Assembly: GCA_963810975.1 (NCBI GenBank) | Contig: CAWEPN010000004.1 | Location: 1,157 to 65,156 of the forward strand | Source of the DNA: an uncultured delta proteobacterium | GTDB lineage: Bacteria; Desulfobacterota; Desulfuromonadia; Geobacterales; DSM-12255 | Length of the DNA stretch: 64,000 nucleotides | Direction of reading: 5' to 3' | Part shown: positions 10,777 to 21,673 of the stretch, piece after piece | Numbering within the stretch: the first letter of the stretch is position 1 | Layout: each line of letters starts with the position of its first letter | Made by a program: the position numbers and the translations under genes | The notes under the pieces: generated by a model | Told to the model about the DNA's origin: nothing | Database searches by the model: none | The model's input: only the letters and a program-made list of their open reading frames with translations

Positions 10777-13656
10777 ATGAACGACCTCTACATGAATAAT
10801 CCACTGATTCACCGTGACCGCAGGCTGGGGAAGTCCGACTCCGAGTGGGTTCGCTCCTTTGCCAGTGAAGATCTCAAACCGCTGATTGTCTGCCGCGGCC
10901 CGATCAGAAAAGAGGCGATGGACGTTTTTGAAGAGATGGGGATGACCCATTACGGCATCCTTCTCTCTGAAAAGGATTCCATTGTGTATGCCAATGCACT
11001 TGCTCCGGAACTGCGTAAGCTGACTGATTCGACCCGAGTCCACCGTGTGCCCGATTATTCTGGCGCCAGTAAGGAAGAGCGGGTCGAGCGGATCAACCAG
11101 ATCACCCAGATAGCTCACGATAACGGCTATGACTCCATTTTTGCCGGTTACGGCTTCATGGCTGAGGATGAAGAGTTTGTTGCTTCGATCGAGAAGGCCG
11201 GGCTAAAGTTCATCGGACCGAATTCACGCACCCAGGCTGATGCCGGCAAGAAGGATGAAGCCAAGCGTACCGCCCTTCAGGTAGGTGTCAGCGTTACCCC
11301 TGGTATCAACAATGTCACCGCCAGAACAATGGTATCGAAGTGCGGCAGTCGCGAGAAGCTGCTTGCACTGGCAAAAACTCACGGAATTGCTGTCGACGCC
11401 AAAATCCTTGATGATAAAAAACTTTCACTTGAGGATCTGGCAGACAAGATTCTCTATGCCTCCTATGAAAAAGGGGTTGATCTTTACACTATCGAAGAAC
11501 TCTCTGCCCAGGTAGAGGTAGAAGTTATTGCCATGTTCAAGGAGTATCCGCAAAGTCGCATTCGCCTGAAAGCGATCGGCGGCGGCGGCGGCAAAGGGCA
11601 GAGGATCCTCGGCGCATCGCTGCTCCCCCTCAAAAATGCGACTGAAAAGCAGATCAAAGATGCTGCTGCAGAAACCCCGACCCTGGTACGCGAGATCCTT
11701 AACGAGGTGAAGGCGAACGGTGTTGGCGACAACAAGAACGTTCTTGTCGAACTGAACATCGAGCAGACCCGTCATAATGAGATTCAGCTCCTTGGTAACG
11801 GCGAATGGTGCGTATCGCTTGGCGGTCGTGACTGCTCTCTGCAGATGCACGAGCAGAAACTGCTGGAAATCTCTGTGACGCAGGAAGGTCTTACCCTTGC
11901 CATCGAAAAGGCTAGAAAGGCAGGGAAAAAGGCTGAAGTAAAGGCGCTTGAGAGCGATCTCAAGGTTCTGAAAAGGATGGAGGAGGACTCCACCAAGTTC
12001 GGGGCTGCCGTAGGCCTGGATTCTGCTTCAACGTTCGAGTGTATCGTTGACCGTGACCGCTACTTCTTTATGGAGGTGAACACCCGGATTCAGGTCGAGC
12101 ACCGTGTTTCCGAACTCTGTTACTCCCTCAAGTTTACCAATCCGAAGAACAAGAACGATTTCTTCATCGTCGAGTCACTGGTTGAGGCGATGGCTCTCCT
12201 TGCCCGTCACAAGAAACGCCTGCCGAAGCCGGAGAGAATCCCCCGCTTTAGCGCATCCGCAGAAGCTCGTCTCAATGCGACGGATGCTTCCCTTTCCCCC
12301 CACGCCGGTGGCATGATCCGTTTCTGGTCCAAGCCGATCGAAGGTGAGATTCGTGACGATCAGGGAATCTGCATGGTCAATCCCGATACCGGCATGTTCA
12401 TGCGCTACAAGGTGGCCGGTGCCTATGACTCCAATATAGCCCTCCTGCTGACAAAGGGTGAAGACCGCCTGGATAGCTACCAGCATCTTTCAAAAGTGCT
12501 CGGCAAGACCATTCTGCGCGGTGTCGATCTGGCAACCAACCTCGAATTCCACTACGGTCTGGTCAATTGGTTTATTGGCCAGAATGTCATGGCAAAACCG
12601 ACAACCCGTTTTGTCGTCCCTTACCTGACACTGATGGGGCTTCTGAAAGAGGAGGCATCTAAAATAGATACCGTCTATGCTTTCTTTCAGATGAAGAAGG
12701 CCTATGCCAAGAAGATGGCAGAGCAGTTTCCGGATGATCCGAAAGTAGCCAAGGAGATGTCGGCAATACTCGATCGCAAGGGGACGCTGGTTACCCGCGC
12801 GATGGACAAGCTGCTGGACGACCCGCATCTCCTTTCCGGCTGGCTTTCTCTGAACAGAAACAACTTTGAGGTTAAATCCGGTAAGATCGTTCTGCATGAC
12901 AATCCGTTTGTGCTTCTTGCCGACACTTATGAATATCTGAATATGTCCTTTGACCCTAAAGCGCCGGCTGCTGAGGTGATCTGGGGGCATGACAACGATC
13001 TGCTCCAGAAAGGACTGCGCTTTTACGCGACACTTTCGGAGAAGTTCAAGCTTGGTATGCACGAATTTGACAAACTCTCTGCCGTGCTGGTCAAGGAAAA
13101 GCCCCAGGGCGGATTCAGTGCGGATGAATGGGCCGGGATCCAGTCTGCTCATGTCGGTTTTGAAGCAGGGCTCGAACTCCTCGGGATGCTCTACGTTCTG
13201 GCTTGCAACCTCAAGTTCTGGGACTTCAAGATAGAAGAAGATCTTGAGGTGACCATCCCCGAATATCTCCACGACACGGAGCTGCAGACGAGGATGAAGA
13301 AAGTGCTGGTTCCACCGCCTACAACAAAAGCGGACGAGATCGTGTCGATCTGTGGCGGTATGTACTATGGTCAGGAAGGGCCGGGCTTGCCGGCGTTCGT
13401 GACCGAGGGGATGCACTTTGAAAAAGGGCAGGCACTCTACATCATCGAAGTTATGAAGATGTTCAATACTGTCCGGGCGACTTTCTCCGGCACTGTCGAC
13501 AAGATTGTCATGCAGGGGGCTGACGGCTCCATCGTCCAGAAAGGACAGACACTTTTCAAGGTTACCCCTGATGAGAAATTCGTTGAAGTCGATCCGAAAG
13601 AGATGGAAACGGAGAAGCGGGAGAAAACAACTGAATATCTCAAAGCAGTTCTATAA
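10777..13656 (+). CDS. Atypical long biotin carboxylase (ATP-grasp) with insertions, fused to a C-terminal biotin-carboxyl-carrier domain
   Basis: BC hallmarks AGYGFMAEDEEF, KAIGGGGGKGQR, RDCSLQMHEQK, YFFMEVNTRIQVEH. C-terminal biotinyl domain with the EVMKM biotinylation motif. 959 aa, against about 450 for a canonical BC. Confidence 0.7.
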   Translation: MNDLYMNNPLIHRDRRLGKSDSEWVRSFASEDLKPLIVCRGPIRKEAMDVFEEMGMTHYGILLSEKDSIVYANALAPELRKLTDSTRVHRVPDYSGASKEERVERINQITQIAHDNGYDSIFAGYGFMAEDEEFVASIEKAGLKFIGPNSRTQADAGKKDEAKRTALQVGVSVTPGINNVTARTMVSKCGSREKLLALAKTHGIAVDAKILDDKKLSLEDLADKILYASYEKGVDLYTIEELSAQVEVEVIAMFKEYPQSRIRLKAIGGGGGKGQRILGASLLPLKNATEKQIKDAAAETPTLVREILNEVKANGVGDNKNVLVELNIEQTRHNEIQLLGNGEWCVSLGGRDCSLQMHEQKLLEISVTQEGLTLAIEKARKAGKKAEVKALESDLKVLKRMEEDSTKFGAAVGLDSASTFECIVDRDRYFFMEVNTRIQVEHRVSELCYSLKFTNPKNKNDFFIVESLVEAMALLARHKKRLPKPERIPRFSASAEARLNATDASLSPHAGGMIRFWSKPIEGEIRDDQGICMVNPDTGMFMRYKVAGAYDSNIALLLTKGEDRLDSYQHLSKVLGKTILRGVDLATNLEFHYGLVNWFIGQNVMAKPTTRFVVPYLTLMGLLKEEASKIDTVYAFFQMKKAYAKKMAEQFPDDPKVAKEMSAILDRKGTLVTRAMDKLLDDPHLLSGWLSLNRNNFEVKSGKIVLHDNPFVLLADTYEYLNMSFDPKAPAAEVIWGHDNDLLQKGLRFYATLSEKFKLGMHEFDKLSAVLVKEKPQGGFSADEWAGIQSAHVGFEAGLELLGMLYVLACNLKFWDFKIEEDLEVTIPEYLHDTELQTRMKKVLVPPPTTKADEIVSICGGMYYGQEGPGLPAFVTEGMHFEKGQALYIIEVMKMFNTVRATFSGTVDKIVMQGADGSIVQKGQTLFKVTPDEKFVEVDPKEMETEKREKTTEYLKAVL

Positions 13657-13750
13657 TATTCAGGGCTCCAGCCGTTATTGACTGATGTTGTATCGACTGA
13701 CCCTGCTCTAATAAGCGGGGTTAATCGTTTGTGAATAAACTAAAGCTTTT

Positions 13751-13864
13751 GAAACACAGAGGCACAGAGACACTGAGAAATCCAAGATCTTTAAAAGCTT
13801 TTTTTGGGTTAAACCTAAATGATTTTCTGTTTTTCTCTGTGTCTCAGTTGCTCTGTGTTAAATC
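13751..13864. repeat. CACAGAG-type palindromic intergenic element, copy 4
   Basis: GAAACACAGAGGCACAGAGACACTGAGAAATC ... TTCTCTGTGTCTCAGTTGCTCTGTGTTAAATC. Confidence 0.75.
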
Positions 13865-13894
13865 AAAGATTTTATTACCGTACAGGAGGTTATC

Positions 13895-14530
13895 GTGAGA
13901 AAAGGAAAATTTATCGTAACCGAGGGGATAAATGGCTCCGGTCCGCAGGTAAAGGCCGGCATAGTGGCCCTTCATAAAGCGCTTACAGATCTTGGCTATA
14001 ATGTTGTTGAGTGCTCTAATCCTGATTCCGGGCGGGTTAAGGAACTTGGCATAGCAACTGTTATCAATTGGCCGTTCGGTGAGGATTCCCGGGCTGACTT
14101 CTTTTTTGAAGGGGCAGTTCGCTCGGAGATATTTCAGAAAGTTGTCCGGCCGGCGCTAGAAGAAGACAAGATTGTTCTCTGCAAGCAGTCGAGCATATCC
14201 TCCCTGGCAAACGCCTGGGAAATTGGAACCTCCAACAATCTGGATGTTCTTCGTCATCTTGACAAGATCTCCAGAGGCTTTCTTTTCGGTGATGAAGTCT
14301 TCCCTGATCTCACCATTTTCTTTGACGTGCCCGCTGAAGAGGCTTGCGAACGTATCGAAGATGTTTTGCAGATTCATCACGAAGGCGGGCTTGATTACTA
14401 TCAGAACAAGAGGGCTTTCTACCTGAAAGAGCTGCCGCGCTGGAACGGAAAAAGAGTAGATGCCTCTGCCGACCGGCCGCAGGACGAGATCAATGCCGAG
14501 GTTCTGGCTCTGGTAAAGGCGATTCTTTAA
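13895..14530 (+). CDS. Thymidylate-kinase-fold protein with a degenerate P-loop (Walker A Lys/Ser replaced)
   Basis: FIVTEGINGSGPQVKAG in place of FIVxEGxDGxGKST. Tmk-like LID/DRY region retained. GTG start with an AGGAGG RBS. Confidence 0.55.
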   Translation: MRKGKFIVTEGINGSGPQVKAGIVALHKALTDLGYNVVECSNPDSGRVKELGIATVINWPFGEDSRADFFFEGAVRSEIFQKVVRPALEEDKIVLCKQSSISSLANAWEIGTSNNLDVLRHLDKISRGFLFGDEVFPDLTIFFDVPAEEACERIEDVLQIHHEGGLDYYQNKRAFYLKELPRWNGKRVDASADRPQDEINAEVLALVKAIL

Positions 14531-14534
14531 GAAA

Positions 14535-14622
14535 TGAAACAGAGACAGAGAACACAGAGAATAAGACAGAATTTCTTTGATAGTCTTGCATTTCAGTTAT
14601 TCTCCGTGACTCTTGTCTCCTG
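14535..14622. repeat. CACAGAG-type palindromic intergenic element, copy 5
   Basis: GAAACAGAGACAGAGAACACAGAGAATAAGACAG ... TTATTCTCCGTGACTCTTGTCTCCTG. Confidence 0.65.
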
Positions 14623-14665
14623 TAATATTCTTTGTTTTTACTTATTGTAACTGAAGGAGCATTAA

Positions 14666-16321
<1,656 letters not shown>

Positions 16322-16329
16322 AGGCATGT

Positions 16330-16786
16330 TTGAAACACAGAGCACACGGAGCCACAGAGAAAATCTATTTTGATTCTGAATTAACCGAATCATCATTGGT
16401 TGCGCGATTGAGGTTCATCGCACACTTGGGCCGGGTTTGCTTGAATCTGCATATGAAGAGTGTCTTGTTATGAACTTGATACGAAGCGGGTATTACCAGG
16501 TTGAGCGCAAAAAGATCTTGCCTGTCGAGCTACAAGGAGATAAACTTAGAGACTGGTTATCAGTCTTGATCTCTTGGTGGAGACAAGCGAGTTATCGTTG
16601 AGTTGAAATGCGTAGAAAAAATATTGCCGGTTCATGAGGCCAGACTTTTGACATATCTAAGAGTTGACGAGAGCTTGAAAACAGGATTTGCTTATCAACT
16701 TCTATCACCGGCTCTTAAAAGACGGCATCAGTAAGTATTGTTTACTGATTTTCTCTGTGTCTCAGTTGCTCTGTGTTTCAGAAAGG
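16330..16786. mobile_element. Full-length member of the CACAGAG palindromic element family, carrying a decayed GxxExxY gene between 35-bp inverted repeats
   Basis: Left inverted repeat TGAAACACAGAGCACACGGAGCCACAGAGAAAATC (16330-16364). The right inverted repeat at 16748-16786 reverse-complements to TGAAACACAGAGCAACTGAGACACAGAGAAAATC. A 380-bp insert lies between the arms. Confidence 0.7.
16384..16740 (+). pseudogene. GxxExxY-family (PD-(D/E)XK nuclease fold, PDDEXK_3-like) gene remnant; N-terminally truncated and frameshifted
   Basis: NRIIIGCAIEVHRTLGPGLLESAYEECLV...YQVERKKILPVELQGDKL...DLLVE(frameshift)DKRVIVELKCVEKILPVHEARLLTYLRVDESLKTGFAYQL. A single missing nucleotide in TTGGTGGA-GACAAG restores LLVEDKRVIVELK. 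Confidence 0.65.
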
Positions 16787-16794
16787 ACTTTAAA

Positions 16795-17199
16795 ATGACA
16801 CATAAAATTAACCATATTGGCATAGCAGTGCAATCAATCGACGCTACTCTCCCTTTCTATCGTGACCAGCTTGGCATGGAGTTTCTTGGCAGCGAAGAGG
16901 TCTCCGAGCAGAAGGTGAAGGTTGCCATGCTTGGTGTCGGTGAAGCGAAGATCGAACTGCTTGAGCCGACTTCGCCGGACAGTCCGGTGGCTAAGTTCCT
17001 GGAGAAAAACGGCCAGGGGATCCATCATATTGCCTACGAGGTTGCTGATCTTGAGGCTGCTATTGCTAAAATGCTTGCCGATGGAGCGAGAATGATTGAT
17101 GAAAAACCTCGCAGTGGTGCCCACGGAACACTCATCGCTTTCGTTCACCCGAAGAGCAGCCAGGGGGTGCTCACCGAACTCTGTCAGACGTGTCATTAA
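16795..17199 (+). CDS. Methylmalonyl-CoA epimerase (VOC/glyoxalase-fold)
   Basis: MTHKINHIGIAV...GIHHIAYEV metal-binding His/Glu pattern, 135 aa. Starts 9 nt after the right arm of the element. Confidence 0.8.
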   Translation: MTHKINHIGIAVQSIDATLPFYRDQLGMEFLGSEEVSEQKVKVAMLGVGEAKIELLEPTSPDSPVAKFLEKNGQGIHHIAYEVADLEAAIAKMLADGARMIDEKPRSGAHGTLIAFVHPKSSQGVLTELCQTCH

Positions 17200-17607
17200 A
17201 TTTGTAACGTTGTTTGAAAAAAATCTTGACATAAGTTTTTTAATTCGTAATATGTCGTTAACATTTTAGGAGAAGCTCCTTTTGTCCGTACTGTGGAAGG
17301 GCTCATACGTTTTGATCTACCTGTTTTAGAATTAGTGTCTTGACAAAGAATCTATGTTTATGTTATTTAACCGAAACTTCTTAAAGGGTGTCAATGTTAA
17401 AGCTACAGACAACTGACATAGCTGGTAGAATTATAAAAGCTCTGGGTGGGTTGCTTAATATTTGAGCAGCCTTCAGAGCTTTATTTTTTTTGACAACAGG
17501 TCAGGAGTTAAAATCTATTTAAAAGGAGTGATTGGAGAGTAGTCTAGACAGTGGTAATCAGAAACTAGAATCCAGTTATTATCATCAACCATACAGGAGG
17601 AAGCACA

Positions 17608-19102
17608 ATGAAGAAGAAGCTAGTAATTTTAAGCGCAGCAGCTATGGCAGTTGCTGCAGCAGTCCCGGCACTCGCTTTCGAGAACGAGTTCCACGGCATG
17701 TATCGTCTCCGCGCCAATGTGACGAATTTTCAGGAGGCAGGACTTGCCGGTTTCAAGTGTGGCGCATCCAGCAGCTGTACCACACCAGCCAGTAGCATTA
17801 CCCGTAACACAAACAGCATTATATTCGAAAGACGATCGGACTTCACTATCTTCGAGCAGAGAGCCCGGATCCAGTACATTGCCAAGGCGAGCGACGATCT
17901 TCAGCCTGGTAACCTTCTTTGAAATCGACTCCTCCTGGGGTGACACTGCCTATACAAACGGCACAGAGGCCAAGGCGCCGGTGCTGGCGGCGACTCAGTC
18001 AACCTCGAAACCAAGAACGTCTATCTTGACTTCAAGATTCCCTTCGACTCCGGTACAGATGAAAGTCGGTCTGCAGCCCTGGGGCGATGCCTACAAAGGG
18101 ATCATCTACAACAATGATCTTGCCGGCGCAGTTGCCACTGCCAAGCTCGATGCCCTGACCGCCACGCGGCGCATTCTTCCGCACCTATGATCAAGGTGGC
18201 GAATAGCACTGTCGGCAAGAAAAATGTCGACCTCTACGTGCTTGACGGCAAATTCGCCCTCAACAAGGACACCACCCTCGGCGCCTCCTACTATGCTGTT
18301 CTATAATGATAATACTACAAGCGCACTACACCGTCTGCGACTGTTGGAGCCCGAACGAGAATGCTATGACCATACGTTTGGTCTGAATGCCGCCACCAAG
18401 CTGGGAATAGTTGGTCTCGACGCCTTTGTTCTTTACCAGACCGGTGATGCGCTTTACGATTTCGTGCTGCTCACTAACTGGACAAACCAAAGATGTGAGT
18501 GCCTGGGCTGCCCAGATCGCTGCCAATGCCAATCTCGGCATGGCTACCGTTCAGCGGCGCTTTCCTCTACACCTCCGGTGATGACCGTGAAGATAATGAT
18601 GAAACAAATGCCTTCCAGGTAATTCAGGAAAATGCCAATGCTGCTGCGCCAGCAACTATTTGCAGCTCAGGGTGGCAACTACTACTCCTCACAGATGATG
18701 CTCCTCTTCAGAAACGTCTATGCTATGGATTCCGACCAGGCGATAGTTGCTAACTTCAACAACGGCAATCACGGCGTCATGGCCGGTTTCCTCGGCGCTG
18801 ATTTCAAGGTCAACGACAAGTTCACTGCTAACGTAAATGTTGGCGCTGCCTGGAATGCTGAGAAGCAAACTGTCGGTACTATAAAGAAAAAGATGATTTC
18901 CTCGGTACAGAGGTTAACCTGAGTCTCAACTACAAGCTCTATCCGACCCTGACTGCTACCCTCCAGGGTGCTTACTTCATGCTTGGCGACTACTATGACG
19001 ACAGAGTTGTAACCGCCCGTAGCGCTGCACACAGGCCGTCACAGCTACAGATGATCCGAAAGATCCGTACCTTACCGGTCTGATGCTGAACTACACATTC
19101 TA
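17608..19102 (+). pseudogene. Outer-membrane porin-like beta-barrel protein fragmented over at least 5 frames
   Basis: Signal peptide MKKKLVILSAAAMAVAAAVPALA. Successive track ORFs at 17608, 17744, 18224, 18499 and 18632 plus untracked pieces. Terminal ...DDPKDPYLTGLMLNYTF* with the C-terminal Phe typical of OMPs. Confidence 0.55.
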
Positions 19103-19148
19103 AGTTTTATGACAATCCTCGCAGATGAGGAACAAAGCTGAAGCGAGA

Positions 19149-19179
19149 CGGGGGAAAGGTGACTTTCCCCCGTTTTTTA
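19149..19179 (+). terminator. Rho-independent terminator
   Basis: CGGGGGAAAGG-TGAC-TTTCCCCCG followed by TTTTTTAT. Confidence 0.75.
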
Positions 19180-19235
19180 TTATGTGGTGGTTGCGTATCA
19201 GACTTGGTTGTGGCAATATGCACATACATAAAAAA

Positions 19236-19387
19236 CTTGAAACACAGAGACACAGAGGACACAGAGTAATCTGAAAATCTTGATAGAAAGAGCATCATAG
19301 AGGCGAACGAGGATGCCATTTGTGTCATAACAGTTCTATCGATATAAAATGTGTTTTCTCTGTGAACTCTGTTGCCTCTGTGTTTAA
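19236..19387. repeat. CACAGAG-type palindromic intergenic element, copy 7
   Basis: CTTGAAACACAGAGACACAGAGGACACAGAGTAATC ... TTTTCTCTGTGAACTCTGTTGCCTCTGTGTTTAAG. Confidence 0.75.
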
Positions 19388-19438
19388 GAACTGTCTGTTA
19401 CAGATTAATTCGTTATGTAAATTCATTGTGGAGTACTT

Positions 19439-20931
19439 ATGCAAAAAGCAACCCGTTGGTTATTCCTGAGCGCCCTCTTTCTCCTGACAGCTGTTGCCAG
19501 TCATGCCGGCCAGCTCAAGGTGTATGTCGCCCCGTTTGCCGTAACCGGCGCTGCCAATGGCGCCGAATTGAAGAGTACCCTCCAGAATCTGCTGATGTCG
19601 CGTCTCAGCAACGATGCGGTTATTGCCGTCGAGAGCCCCGAAGGGGCAGATATCAGCATCAAAGGGAGCTATATTGCTTTCGGCAAAGTTTTCAGTATTG
19701 ATGCGGCGGCAAAAAGCAGCAGCGGCGCCGTTCTTGTCCGTGCCTTTGAGCAGGGGGAGAGCCAGGAAGAGGTGCTGTCGGCTGTCAACAAGGTGGCGAA
19801 AACCCTTCTCAGCGGTATTGAAAAAAGTTCCGGCAAAATTGGAACAGCGCAGCCACCCGCAGTAGCTCCCGCCAGCTCGCTGATAGTTTCAAACGTCTCC
19901 CCCGTCGTAAAAGCACCGCCGCAGTCAGATATTGTCAGGGTGGCAACAGTCGCTGAGCTGGCCGCTTCCGGCTGGATAAGCCAGAAAATGCCTGGAGAAC
20001 TGGTAGGCATAGCCGTTGGCCGAACTCTGGCAAGTGGCGAGCGGGAGGTTTTTATCGCCGGGATTCACAGTGTGCAGTACTTTCTCCAGGGGAAAGAGCT
20101 GAAGCTGCAGGCAGAGATTACCCTGCCGGTATACCAGCAGCTGCTCGCATCGATATAGCTGATCTGGACGGTGATGGGGTTCCGGAAATTTATCTCACTG
20201 TCATGAGTGGCGACGAGCTTGTTTCCGAGGTCTGGATAGCGGAGGGGACTTCACTGAAGAGAATTGGCGAAAAGCTCCCCTATTTTTTCCGGGCACTCTC
20301 CGTACAAGGTCAGGAGCCAAAGATATTTGCCCAACAGACGGCGCGGGATAGCGATTTCTTCGGTGACCTCTATGAGGTGAAGAAAAAGGGCAACCTGTTT
20401 GGAATCAGCAACCCTGTCAAGCTGCCACGCTACGCCAACATCTTCAACACCGCTGTTTTCCTGAACAAGGAAGGGAAGAGACTTTTTGCGGTGCTCAAGC
20501 AGGATGGCTATCTGCTGATTTTTGATGAAACCGGCAAAAACCTCTGGGAGAGCAGCGACAAGTACGGCGGTTCGGAAAGCTTCTTTACCCGGGATGATTT
20601 GGCAAACATGAATGTTACCGGCGCTGCGCGGCGAAAGATCTTCCTTGAGCAGCGGATTACTGTGACGAAGAGTGGTGAAATCATCGTCCCCAAAAATGAC
20701 GGCTTTTTTGTGATTGGCAATAACCGGGCCTACTCCAAAAACTCGGTTTTCGCCTTTGCCTGGAACGGCGTGGCGCTTGATGAGCTCTGGCATACAAAAC
20801 AGAGCCAGAATTACCTTGCCGATTATCGCTATGATGAAGCAACCAAAGAGCTGCTCATGCTGGAAGTTGTCAAGAAAGCGGGTATAATCGAGAAAGGCGC
20901 CAGTGCGCTTTTTATCAAGAAGGTTGAATAG
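19439..20931 (+). CDS. Secreted protein with a Ca-binding FG-GAP/VCBS-like DxDGDG motif; one frameshift near 20150
   Basis: Signal peptide MQKATRWLFLSALFLLTAVASHA. Track ORFs 19439-20158 and 20203-20931 join through ...IDIADLDGDGVPEIYL in the second frame. Confidence 0.55.
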
Positions 20932-20974
20932 GTTGAAGTGTAGTAAATTTCTTTAAAATAAACCAAAAAAAGCA

Positions 20975-21117
20975 CTTGAAACACAGAGACACAGAGGTCA
21001 CAGAGAAAATCGCAGAGATTTTCTAGAATCGGGGTATAACCCAAAAAGGTTAAGTGATTAGTTTGTCTAACCCTCTGGATTGCTTATCTCAGTGTCTCTG
21101 TGCCTCAGTGTTAAATG
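20975..21117. repeat. CACAGAG-type palindromic intergenic element, copy 8
   Basis: CTTGAAACACAGAGACACAGAGGTCACAGAGAAAATC ... TTATCTCAGTGTCTCTGTGCCTCAGTGTTAAATG. Confidence 0.75.
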
Positions 21118-21153
21118 ATTTTTCACGATAAAGAGAATTCCCTGAGGTGATGT

Positions 21154-21483
21154 ATGAAGCAGCTTCTGTTCATCGCAATTATGCTCTCTTCGCTGACAGC
21201 CTGCAAAATGTTAACTGCCTGGCGTACGATACCGGCTCCTGGCGGGTGTTCGGATTGTCATACTGTGCCGATCAGCGCCAACTGGAATGTCGCCTACCGT
21301 CCGGTAACGCTGAATGATGAACGTGGCGGCCAGTCATTCCAGCAGCCGGAAAGTCTGCAGACTAGTATCCAGAAACCGGCGTCGCCGGCTGAGACGCAGA
21401 AAGTCGAGCAGCTCCCCTGCTTTGACTGCCACAATGCTCCGGATGCGGCGCACAAACAGTTGAAAGGGAGTTTTCACCATTAA
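21154..21483 (+). CDS. Small diheme c-type cytochrome lipoprotein
   Basis: Lipobox LTAC after the signal peptide. Two CxxCH motifs (CSDCH, CFDCH). 109 aa. Confidence 0.7.
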   Translation: MKQLLFIAIMLSSLTACKMLTAWRTIPAPGGCSDCHTVPISANWNVAYRPVTLNDERGGQSFQQPESLQTSIQKPASPAETQKVEQLPCFDCHNAPDAAHKQLKGSFHH

Positions 21484-21556
21484 GGAGTATAGCAACAATA
21501 ACATGAACATCTTGCATCTCATCTTCCGGCCATCTTTGACTGCAACTCAATCACAA

Positions 21557-21650
21557 AATCCTAGACGTAGCCCTGCTACGCCTGCGGTTTTGTTCAATCG
21601 TTGTAGCCAAATCTGACCAAAATCTGAGCGCAATTTTGTTCAAGTAATTG
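21557..21650 (+). repeat. Conserved about 95-nt upstream element (family C), copy 1, just upstream of pyk
   Basis: AAATCCTAGACGTAGCCCTGCTACGCCTGCGGTTTTGTTCAATCG...AAATCTGACCAAAATCTGAGCGC. About 75% identical to 35335-35430. Confidence 0.5.
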
Positions 21651-21673
21651 TTGCTAGCCTCCTGAGGAGATAC

